Shown here: piece by piece, positions 1-8,469 of the stretch | How the letters are laid out: every line of letters starts with the position of its first letter | How positions within the stretch are numbered: position 1 is the first letter of the stretch | Position numbers and translations under genes: made by a program | Source: Candidatus Woesebacteria bacterium GW2011_GWA1_44_23 | Lineage (GTDB): Bacteria > Patescibacteriota > Microgenomatia > UBA8517 | Reading direction: 5' to 3' | DNA length: 64,000 nt | NCBI GenBank assembly: GCA_001001045.1 | Contig: LCIL01000001.1 | Location: 442-64,441 of the forward strand | Notes under the pieces: model-generated | The model's input: the letters and a program-made list of their open reading frames with translations, nothing else | The model's database searches: none | What the model was told of the DNA's origin: nothing

Positions 1-560
1 AAAAAAACAGGAAACGAAATGATTGTATGAATTCTTGATAAAAATGCCGCACCAAGCATAAGTCCGACGATAAAAGGCCGTTTTTTTGTCAGAGATTCAA
101 GCAGAGCGAAACCCAGAAAAAAAGCTGCGGTGACTTGACCAAGATACCATGATGAACCAACTGAGGAGAGAAACCAAATTATATTTCCAAAGGCGGCTAG
201 GATACCGGACCAAAATACTAATTTCTTGTCACGCTTCACTACCCAGGCTGTGAGCATGGTTAAGGCTACGATCCCCGCGCCCAATAGATGAGCGAGATAT
301 TGCTGTTGGAATTTTTCTCCGAAGATGAATCGAAAAGGCATTGCCAAAATTGCAGGCATGGGGGGGTATACTACGTAGAACCTGCCCGGTCCGGCAGGAA
401 TAAGTTCGGTAAGCCAAGGAGGATTTTCGGTTATGTAGATTTTTCCTTGGAGAAAAGAATCTGAAAGTCTAGTAAAATAGTCGAAAGGAGTTTTCCCTGC
501 TGAAGTAATAAAATAAATAATGAAAGTAATCACAAAGGCGAGAAAGACAACCTTTTTCAT
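1..560 (-). CDS. Multi-pass membrane protein, probable GT-C glycosyltransferase (partial, runs off window start; not in ORF track)
   Basis: Hand translation from ATG at 560: MKKVVFLAFVITFIIYFITSAGKTPFDYFTRLSDSFLQGK...FYVVYPPMPAILAMPF..., open to base 1, many hydrophobic segments; TACAAT 7 nt upstream. Confidence 0.7.
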   Translation of the reverse strand, partial: MKKVVFLAFVITFIIYFITSAGKTPFDYFTRLSDSFLQGKIYITENPPWLTELIPAGPGRFYVVYPPMPAILAMPFRFIFGEKFQQQYLAHLLGAGIVALTMLTAWVVKRDKKLVFWSGILAAFGNIIWFLSSVGSSWYLGQVTAAFFLGFALLESLTKKRPFIVGLMLGAAFLSRIHTIISFPVF

Positions 561-2924
561 ACCAAATATTGTATATGTTTTACTACTCGGGTTAATAGTG
601 AGAATTATCTTCTCGGCTTTCGGTACACTTCGTCTTGATCAGGGAACCTTTATCAGCTGGAGTTTGATGTTGGTTAAAGACGGCTTCAAGATTTTTTATA
701 ATTCCTGGAGTGACTATTTGCCCGGATATCTTTATGTTTTGTATTTTCTTGGGAAAATTCGAAATTTTGTTCCTGACGTAGTGCTTTATAAATTGCCTGC
801 GATGCTGGCCGATTTGGTCACGGGTTATCTAATTTACAGAATTTTAGTAAAAACCAAGGGGTCAAGATGGGCGATCATTGGAGCGGGAATTTACCTTTTT
901 AATCCTGCCATTTTAGCTAATTCCTCCCTTTGGGGACAGGTTGATTCCCTGACTGCATTAACTTCAATTCTCTCAATTTATTTAATACCCTTCAGTTTTA
1001 TTTTGTCGGCTATTAGTTTGGCGGTGGGGACATTGATTAAGCCGCAAACGGCATTTATGCTTCCTGTAATTCTAGTAATAATGCTTAAGGAAAGATGGAA
1101 TGTGCAAAAAGTATTTATTTATTTGTTAATCGGTATGGCGATATTTGTTACTGGTTTTATCCCGTTTTGGAACCACGGGAATCTGACATCCTTCATTTAC
1201 GAACGGCTTGGGTTATCTCTCAATCAGTATCCCTACACTTCCGTTAACGCCTTTAACTTTTGGGGACTTTTTGAATTTTGGAGGCCGGATAATATTTATT
1301 ACCAAATTGGCGGTTATATACTGGTTTCATTTTTAACTTTGTTTGCGTGTTTTAAACTTTGGAAGAAGAAGCAAGCACCCTATTATCTTTCAGCTTTAAT
1401 TTTTGCCGCCAGTTTTATGTTTTTTACTAGGATGCATGAGAGACATTTACTTCCGGTTTTTGCCCCGCTTGCGATTATTGCTATTGAGAATCCGCTATTT
1501 TTAATTCCCTATCTTGGATTTTCCCTTACATATATGGCTAACCTTTACTATGCCTATGTGTGGATTACTGATAATTTTAGACAGGTTTTTTCCGATTTTG
1601 CTATTAAACTTTTAGAAGTTATAAATATCGGCCTTGTTGTTTTTATTTTTTATTCATTTGCCCGAAATCTGAGAATGGAGTGGGGAAAAGTAATCCTAAC
1701 GGCAAATAAATTTATTCATGGTTTGAAGAAAAGAAATGCAACTAAAGTTCGGGTAAAATTACCAAAAATTTCCATCAGTCCTCAGAAAGCCAAACTTTTT
1801 CTGATTTTAATACTAATGTTTGCTTTTGTGACAAGAACTTTTAATTTAGGATCCCCCAAAAACGAATATTTTGATGAGGTTTATCATGCATTCACTGCCC
1901 GGGTAATTTTGCACGGAGATTCCAAGGCTTGGGAGTGGTGGAATACACCTCCCGCGGGTTTTGCCTACGAGTGGACCCATCCCCCGATTGCTAAGCTTGG
2001 AATGGTTTTGGGGATGCTAATATTCGGTGAAAATTCGTTCGGGTGGAGAGTTCCGGGGGCCATCTTGGGGGTGGGGTCGGTGTTTCTCGTCTACCTTTTG
2101 GCAAAAGAACTTTTTAAGGATGAGACAACCGGACTACTTGCCGCTGCCGCTCTTTCTCTCGACGGACTTGCTCTTGTCATGAGTAGGATCGGGATGAATG
2201 ATTCCTACATACTATTATTTGCACTTCTGTCGATCTACTTATTTATGAAACAAAGAGATTTTGCTTCGGCATTGTCTTTTGGTTTAGCCCTCGCCTCAAA
2301 GTGGTCAGCTATTTGGGCAATCCCGATTCTTTTTATTCTTTGGCTTAGGCGAAAAAATAAATTTAAATTATCAACCTTTATTTATTTTTTGTTTCTGCCT
2401 ATTACCGTTTACCTCCTAAGCTACCTTCCGATGTTTTTGACGGGGCACGGTTTATCAATTTGGTGGGGAATGCAGAAACAAATGTGGTGGTATCACACGG
2501 GCCTTCGCGCAACACATCCTTACACGTCATCCTGGTGGACTTGGCCCCTTCTTATTCGACCAATATATCTTTATACAAGCCAAGAGATAGGGGGAATGGT
2601 GGCAAGAATCTATGCAATGGGAAACCCTCTGGGTTTCTGGTTCGGCCTGACCTCGGTAACAATATCTGCAGTATTCGCCTTTGCGGAACGTAACAAAAAA
2701 CTTGGATTTGTTATTTTTTGTTATTTGATTTTCTTTGTACCTTGGGCGGTTTCGCCAAGAATTATGTTTTTATACCATATGTGTTGCGCCGGACTCCTAA
2801 ATTAATATTTGCTTATTTATTTATTACCCTTATTGCATTTATTTATTTTTATCCACATTGGGCGGGTCTACGAATTCCACTGTGGTTCGACAAAAGCTAC
2901 TACTGGGTGTCTAGTTGGAGGTAA
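520..2924 (+). CDS. Fused double GT-C glycosyltransferase (N-terminal GT87/PIG-M-like plus C-terminal protein O-mannosyltransferase, PMT/GT39); frameshift/deletion near 2778; start uncertain
   Basis: DYLPGYLY, WGQVDS and MHERH motifs, then FDEVYH, HPP, ASKWS, HPYTSSWWTWP, MFLYH; the normal C-terminus (YVLRR...FYPHWAG...W) continues in ORF 2718..2924. Confidence 0.8.
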
Positions 2925-2956
2925 ACGAAGGTCGGTCAGATCCGAATTTGGCAACG

Positions 2957-3244
2957 TTACGCTGGGCCAAGATAAAAACCGCCTTTAGCAAAAAAATAAA
3001 TTAGTCCCACTAAAAATATGACTAATATAAAAAAATAAAGGACTGACCAACGGCCGGACTGTGGAAAAAAACGGTCAAACGGATAGTAGGAAAAAATTTC
3101 CGACTTCATGTTTTTGAGAGAAGAAACGGTAAAAGTAAAGGCGAGTAAAGATACTGCTGCGATTACAAAGATTACAATAATTTGATAGAAATTGGTGCGG
3201 ACAAAATCCAAGGCAGGTGTCAGTAGAGAGAGTATTACCGCCAT
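2957..3244 (-). CDS. Small two-TM membrane protein of unknown function
   Basis: 95 aa ORF with two hydrophobic stretches, co-oriented with the surface-protein cluster. Confidence 0.6.
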   Translation of the reverse strand: MAVILSLLTPALDFVRTNFYQIIVIFVIAAVSLLAFTFTVSSLKNMKSEIFSYYPFDRFFPQSGRWSVLYFFILVIFLVGLIYFFAKGGFYLGPA

Positions 3245-3253
3245 AATATTGAA

Positions 3254-3871
3254 CTAAAGTGCCAAAAGGAGCGAGCCGATTATTACGAAAAATCCAATAG
3301 CAACTCCGAAAACCGTCGGCCAATCCGTTCCGGAAACGGGCAGAGCAGGAGCGGTCGGGGTTGCTGTAGGTGCAGGTGTTACCGTCTTTCCGGGTGTTGG
3401 GGTCGGTGTTGCAGAAGCTCCCGGACTGCCTGTTGGAGTGCTGGTTGGACTACTGGTTGATGTTGCAGTAGCCGTAGGTGTTGGACTAGACGTTTGCGTC
3501 GATAGCGTAAAACCTATTAAGCAGGATCCTGCACAGGGGGCAAAATTGCATTCGGGGGGAATTCTGGGAACCCAAGTACCATCGGGACACTGTGTTACTT
3601 CCAGAATACAATTATTTGTCGTATAACAAGATTCAAACTCACAATCGGGCGGAACTCTGCGTGCAAATTCTTTATCTGCTCCGGGCGGGCAAGGCATCAC
3701 TTCAGTAGTACAATTTGTCACCGCCTTAGGCTGGCTGGAAGGAACGTTAGGGGCTACCGACTGCTGCCTGAGTTGGTAAAGTCTGAGGGCAGTGAATATC
3801 GCCACTCCCGCGAGAATGACTGTCACAAGAATTATCAGAATTGTTCCGAGTTTACCGATTGATTTTTTCAT
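3254..3871 (-). CDS. Surface protein: N-terminal TM, two Cys-rich repeats, Pro/Thr linker, C-terminal LPVSG plus TM (putative sortase substrate)
   Basis: Repeats CTTEVMPCP...PPDCEFESC and CILEVTQCPDG...PPECNFAPC; ALPVSGTDWPT followed by a hydrophobic tail. Confidence 0.8.
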   Translation of the reverse strand: MKKSIGKLGTILIILVTVILAGVAIFTALRLYQLRQQSVAPNVPSSQPKAVTNCTTEVMPCPPGADKEFARRVPPDCEFESCYTTNNCILEVTQCPDGTWVPRIPPECNFAPCAGSCLIGFTLSTQTSSPTPTATATSTSSPTSTPTGSPGASATPTPTPGKTVTPAPTATPTAPALPVSGTDWPTVFGVAIGFFVIIGSLLLAL

Positions 3872-3874
3872 TTT

Positions 3875-5173
3875 TTAATCAACACTAATGCCGCCAAACC
3901 ACCCATAAAGAGAATCGTGTATTTCTCCTTTGACATTAATACTCGTTGTTCCGGCTTGAATTGTATAAGACTTGCAAAAATCACTTGAACCAGGTCTTTT
4001 TACCGTAGTTTCTAGTGGTGTTCCTACAACGCCATTTCGGGTTATGGTAAACCTTGCTTTATCAAAAGTTCCGTTAGCGGCGTAACCCGAGACGCAGAAA
4101 TTGATGGTTGTTCCAGCCGTGAGAGAAGAGCGCCCACTTTCAGGAATCAGTGCCCAGCTAGCACTATATGTTGTAACCGCTACGCAGTAAGGAGCAGGAG
4201 GCGGGGGCGTAGGAGTGGGAGTGGGAGTGGGCGCAACTATTCCACAAATGCAGTCGCCATCATCCCTACACAGTGTGTTTCTGCACACAGATTGAGGAGC
4301 ACTGTCCCCGCTTAAATAGCATTCCATTCCGACAGGGCAGTCACTGTCTAATAGACAGACCGAATTGCAGGATTGAGGCGGGGGTGTGGGAGTAGGGGTC
4401 GGGGTTGGAGTTGGCGTGGGTGTCGGGGTTCCAATGGGTGTCGGAGTTGGCGTGGAAATTGGTGAATCTGTAGGATTAGTGCAAGAGGAGTCATAATTTA
4501 CATGTGCCCAACCAACCGCTCCGCTAGTGGTAAAAACATCAATTTGTTCAGAGCCACACCCTTGATCTATGAAATATCGCAAATTAGTATGATCTGCCCA
4601 GATTGGTTCTCCATTACAACCAGAATTTGGTTCATCGCATACAACGTGGACCATGTCGTACGAATTGCCATTATTAGTCTGACATCCATCTATAGGACAG
4701 GATGTGATGGCATTGGGATCGCCAGGATTTGTTGAACATACCCCTTTGCACCACATACCAGGATTTGTACCTTCGATACCCAAGTTCGAAGCTTTTTGTT
4801 GAAAGAGTTGCTTTTGTTGAGTTAAAACTATTCCCGCTGCAACTCCCCCGACAAGGACTACGAGTCCCAATATAGTGGCAATTATTTTTCCTCCCCCAAA
4901 CTTTTTCTTGGCTTTGGGGGTGACAGAAGAAATATCCGGCGGGGCACTTGAACCGGCATTCCCGATAACCGGCTGGGCTACTGGTGATTGATCAGTAGGC
5001 GCTTCGGGGGTGTTTGTTTCCGGCAGATTCTGAAACTCGGGTGAAAGCGGGGGAAGATCTGATTGAGGGAAAATTATCGGAGGAACCGGTGGTGTGTTTG
5101 CTTGTCCTGCCGGCTGACTCACTGGCGGACCCGCCGGATTGGGGTTTTGGGTAGGGTCATTTTGGTTGGGCAT
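3875..5173 (-). CDS. Membrane-anchored Cys-rich, Pro/Thr-repeat surface protein
   Basis: Pro-rich cytoplasmic N-terminus, KKK plus TM, Cys-rich extracellular modules separated by (PT)n tracts. Confidence 0.8.
   Translation of the reverse strand: MPNQNDPTQNPNPAGPPVSQPAGQANTPPVPPIIFPQSDLPPLSPEFQNLPETNTPEAPTDQSPVAQPVIGNAGSSAPPDISSVTPKAKKKFGGGKIIATILGLVVLVGGVAAGIVLTQQKQLFQQKASNLGIEGTNPGMWCKGVCSTNPGDPNAITSCPIDGCQTNNGNSYDMVHVVCDEPNSGCNGEPIWADHTNLRYFIDQGCGSEQIDVFTTSGAVGWAHVNYDSSCTNPTDSPISTPTPTPIGTPTPTPTPTPTPTPTPPPQSCNSVCLLDSDCPVGMECYLSGDSAPQSVCRNTLCRDDGDCICGIVAPTPTPTPTPPPPAPYCVAVTTYSASWALIPESGRSSLTAGTTINFCVSGYAANGTFDKARFTITRNGVVGTPLETTVKRPGSSDFCKSYTIQAGTTSINVKGEIHDSLYGWFGGISVD
4195..4455 (-). repeat. 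Coding (Pro-Thr)n low-complexity tracts
   Basis: TPTPTPIGTPTPTPTPTPTPTPTPPP and PTPTPTPTPPPP; synonymous codons are varied. Confidence 0.85.
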
Positions 5174-6553
5174 TTAATTTTCAGACATCCTCCACACAAA
5201 AAAGCTGAAAGCGATTATCACTAAACCCATGATAGATAGTAGAAGAGTAGGAGTCAAGTTCCCGCTGACGGGTAGGGATTCGGGTGTCGCTGAAGGGGTT
5301 ACCCGGGGTGTTCCCGAGGGCGTGGCGGTAGGCTTGAAAGTGGGAGACGGCGTTGGGCTTGAGGATGCCTTGGGGGTTGGGGTCGAACTTGGTGACGGAG
5401 TCGGACTTGGTGTAGCCGATTGCGAAGCTACAAAAGCGGGGACTTCCCCTGCCTGTACAACAAAATTTCTGGTTAAAGTTCTTGTGATTCCTGACGCGTC
5501 AAGCCAAGAAATAGTTATGGAATGAGGTCCTTCCGAAAGCGGAACTGAAGGGCTATAGCTCCAGGAACCATTTTGGGGAATTTTTATCACCTGGGAAGTA
5601 ACCTGTTCCGAATGAATAGTAATCGTAATTGTCTCTCCACTGGGGCCTTTTCCAAAAAATTGGGGCTCGTTACTTGTTACAATCTCGCCTTCGTCGATGC
5701 TTTCTAATATAACGCTCGTGGGTTTAGGGGAGCCCGACGGAGCTGTTATATTAAATTTTGATTCCTCTGAGGCACCTGCTGGTAAATTTAGATCTACGCT
5801 GGGGTTTTTCCCGTCAGCAATCGGTGCCAAACTCCGGTAATCCTGAACTTGGCCAAGAACTAGCGGCGGGATGGGATTGGCGGATTGCGGGAAAATTTGA
5901 GCAGAGGAAGTTTCTCCGCTCTCTGCCCGCACGGAGACCGACAATAATGTTTTTGCCTGATCAATTTGGGCGATTTGTTTTAGATCGGAAGTGCGCGCGC
6001 TACCCAACTGTAGAACAAAGTTTCCGGCATCGGATGTCAGGGTTGAAAGAAGATAACCGTTGACGCTCACATATACCAACGCTCTTTTCGATGGCTGTCC
6101 GGCGGCGGTAATAACGGACCCTGAAATCGGATTTGAATTCTGAGCTATCGCGATCGCATCACCCGTGGTGATTTGCCAAGGGATTCCGTCATTGTCGAAG
6201 GCATCCCCCTCAGAATTGATTTTGTAATAATACGTAGTACTGGGCCTTAGACCCGTAAGAGTAATGCTATGAGTAAAAAATTTTTGGTTCGAATCACTTT
6301 CGTTTTCAATCTCCCCCAAGCTGTCCTGTGTTTTCCCCCAATTAATAAAAGCAGTCGTCGCGGCCTCGGTAACCCAGGAAATTGTTGCGGACGTGTCCGA
6401 TAAGTTACCCGTTCTGATATCTTTTGGAGCAACAGCACCGCCTGCACCAATTCTAAAAACCTGGGTCATCCTAAGGAAATACACACCCGCGAATGTTCCT
6501 ATAAGAAGAATTATGATACCTATTATCGTTGGGATTTTATTCTTCTTAATCAT
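5174..6553 (-). CDS. Surface protein: N-terminal TM, FN3/purple-acid-phosphatase-N-like domain, Ig-like domain, Ser/Pro/Thr linker, LPVSG plus TM
   Basis: SATISWVT...HSITLTGLRPSTTYYYKI (FN3-like); NGSWSYSP...EGPHSITI (bacterial Ig-like); ESLPVSGNLTPT plus hydrophobic tail. Confidence 0.8.
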   Translation of the reverse strand: MIKKNKIPTIIGIIILLIGTFAGVYFLRMTQVFRIGAGGAVAPKDIRTGNLSDTSATISWVTEAATTAFINWGKTQDSLGEIENESDSNQKFFTHSITLTGLRPSTTYYYKINSEGDAFDNDGIPWQITTGDAIAIAQNSNPISGSVITAAGQPSKRALVYVSVNGYLLSTLTSDAGNFVLQLGSARTSDLKQIAQIDQAKTLLSVSVRAESGETSSAQIFPQSANPIPPLVLGQVQDYRSLAPIADGKNPSVDLNLPAGASEESKFNITAPSGSPKPTSVILESIDEGEIVTSNEPQFFGKGPSGETITITIHSEQVTSQVIKIPQNGSWSYSPSVPLSEGPHSITISWLDASGITRTLTRNFVVQAGEVPAFVASQSATPSPTPSPSSTPTPKASSSPTPSPTFKPTATPSGTPRVTPSATPESLPVSGNLTPTLLLSIMGLVIIAFSFFVWRMSEN

Positions 6554-6590
6554 TTTTTAGAAATTCATTTTTTGTGAATACTTATGAAAT

Positions 6591-6920
6591 TTAAGGCGTT
6601 GGACTGGGAACAGGGGTAGGAGTAGCCTCCAGCGTCGGCGTGGGCAGAGGCGATTGTGCCGGTTGAGCGGGGGTGGTTGGAATAGGTGCGGTCACTAAAT
6701 TTTCAGGGATTTGCGAACTGTCAAAGTATATTCCGGATTCGATTTTTTTGATTGTCGCCTGATCCAACGTCGGGTCAATGGGATTAGAAATTTCCTCGGG
6801 CACGCTTTCGGAGGGTTTGGCGGTGAAAGCCCGATAGGTACTCAATGAAACCCAGAGAACACCTGTTATGAGGGTCAGAATCAGTATAGTAATTAAACTT
6901 GGTAATTTGGTTTTTTTCAT
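6591..6920 (-). CDS. Small bitopic protein with Pro/Thr tail, in the pilP position after pilNO
   Basis: N-terminal TM, PT-rich C-terminus, operon position. Confidence 0.65.
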   Translation of the reverse strand: MKKTKLPSLITILILTLITGVLWVSLSTYRAFTAKPSESVPEEISNPIDPTLDQATIKKIESGIYFDSSQIPENLVTAPIPTTPAQPAQSPLPTPTLEATPTPVPSPTP

Positions 6921-6929
6921 TTAATTAAA

Positions 6930-7580
6930 TTAATCTCCCAAAAAAGGCGTTCTTCCAGAAATCACGGTCACAACAGTAACGCTACCTTCCCTTGAGGAAG
7001 AGTTGATCCCCAGTGTATCAATTTTCGTAGAAACTCTCAGGTTTTCAAAATCCTTTATGAATGCAATCAAATTGGGATAGGGACCCCTTATACTCACCGC
7101 AAACGGCATTTCTTTAGCGTTCCCGGGCAGTGGTTTGAAATCCGAGGTGCTTCTGGTTACGGATTTACCCACCAAAGTTATTTGGTTTACTGAAAAACCG
7201 AGGATTTCGACGGAATTCTTGGCGGCGAGTGCTAACACTTGGCCGGCCAAAATATTGGGTTTGGCAAGGGAGGGAACGGCGATATTAACATTTTGGATGG
7301 AAGCCCGGTTTTGTTGGAGAAGGTTATTTGCTTTTTGGAGGTCACTCACTTTTTGCGTCAACCCTGAGAGAGTATCCTGTTTCTCTCTAATTTGTTGCAA
7401 GAGACTGACGATTGTAATTACGGTTGGCTTGAGTGCAAAAAGTAGGAAAATAATTATTGTCGAAAGCGAAAGAATTATTTCCAAAAAAGCCCTAAGCTCT
7501 GCCTTTTTTTTGTAAAGAGCGGTAATGTTCAAAAAGAACTCTTTATATCTACTGTATGATCCTCTCCAGCCTAGTGCCAT
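6930..7580 (-). CDS. pilO: Type IV pilus assembly PilO-like protein
   Basis: TM, coiled coil, then FAVSIRGPYPNLIAFIKDFENLR (GxYxxlxxFlxxlExl signature). Confidence 0.75.
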   Translation of the reverse strand: MALGWRGSYSRYKEFFLNITALYKKKAELRAFLEIILSLSTIIIFLLFALKPTVITIVSLLQQIREKQDTLSGLTQKVSDLQKANNLLQQNRASIQNVNIAVPSLAKPNILAGQVLALAAKNSVEILGFSVNQITLVGKSVTRSTSDFKPLPGNAKEMPFAVSIRGPYPNLIAFIKDFENLRVSTKIDTLGINSSSREGSVTVVTVISGRTPFLGD

Positions 7581-7582
7581 AT

Positions 7583-8116
7583 TTAATATGTAATATTAAT
7601 AGAAAATTCTATCTGAGCGAGATCGCCTTCGGATGAATCGACCTGGCCCAAACTTACGGTTTTGAAAGACTTGTCTTCTTTCAGATTTGCAATAAATTGT
7701 GCGATTCCTAGTTCGGTTGCGGAGACGCCTTTGACTTGGGCGGAATTATCCAAAACAGAAACTGTTTTTAAATTTACCCCGGTCGGGAGCCTTGATGTAA
7801 TAGCCTCAATCTTTTTCGAAGAAAGAGTGCCACCTCCGATTTGCTTGACGATGGCAAGTTTTGACTGAACGCTTCTGAACTCTTTTTCTACCGCGGCTTG
7901 GGCAGTAATCTGAGCGCTTTTAATCTTAATAGAATTGCTTAGGTCCGAGTTTTGCGCGTCTAACCAAAAACGTGACAAAAAAGCGCCCATGACAATCATC
8001 TCGGTAACAATAACTATCACCCTGAAAGCACCCATTGCCCACTTGAGTGTTCTGCCAAGCATGGAAACATCAAATTCTTCCTGGGGGAGCAAGTTTATAA
8101 CTTTATTTTTGGGCAT
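7583..8116 (-). CDS. pilN: Type IV pilus assembly PilN-like protein
   Basis: N-terminal INLLP motif, TM, coiled coil, LPTGVNL...GVS...IAQFIANL; start taken at ATG 8116. Confidence 0.8.
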   Translation of the reverse strand: MPKNKVINLLPQEEFDVSMLGRTLKWAMGAFRVIVIVTEMIVMGAFLSRFWLDAQNSDLSNSIKIKSAQITAQAAVEKEFRSVQSKLAIVKQIGGGTLSSKKIEAITSRLPTGVNLKTVSVLDNSAQVKGVSATELGIAQFIANLKEDKSFKTVSLGQVDSSEGDLAQIEFSINITY

Positions 8117-8167
8117 AGCAACAATAACCGTTAACTCAATATAACACATATAAAAGCATGAAAGAAG

Positions 8168-8440
8168 CTACTTTTTCTTTGAGGTTTTACCTTGCGGTTT
8201 CACAGACTTTGGCAACAGTTTGGAAAGCTGAGATTTAATCCTTCCGGCCTTTTTTTTGTGAATTACCTTTTTCTTTGCCGCTCGATCCGCCAAAGATACC
8301 GCTTTAAGAATTTTTTCTGTGGATTTTGCCTTTCGTGCAATTCTGACGGCCACTTCAAGCTGGCCGAGAATTATTTTATTTATGGACTCTTTTTTTTTGG
8401 AACCCCGCAGGGCTCTTTTGGCGGTTGTCGTTACAGGCAT
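8168..8440 (-). CDS. rpsT: 30S ribosomal protein S20
   Basis: MPVTTTAKRALR...DRAAKKKVIHKKKAGRIKSQL. Confidence 0.93.
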   Translation of the reverse strand: MPVTTTAKRALRGSKKKESINKIILGQLEVAVRIARKAKSTEKILKAVSLADRAAKKKVIHKKKAGRIKSQLSKLLPKSVKPQGKTSKKK

Positions 8441-8469
8441 ATGGTGAGTATAATCGAAACAAAGCTGAA

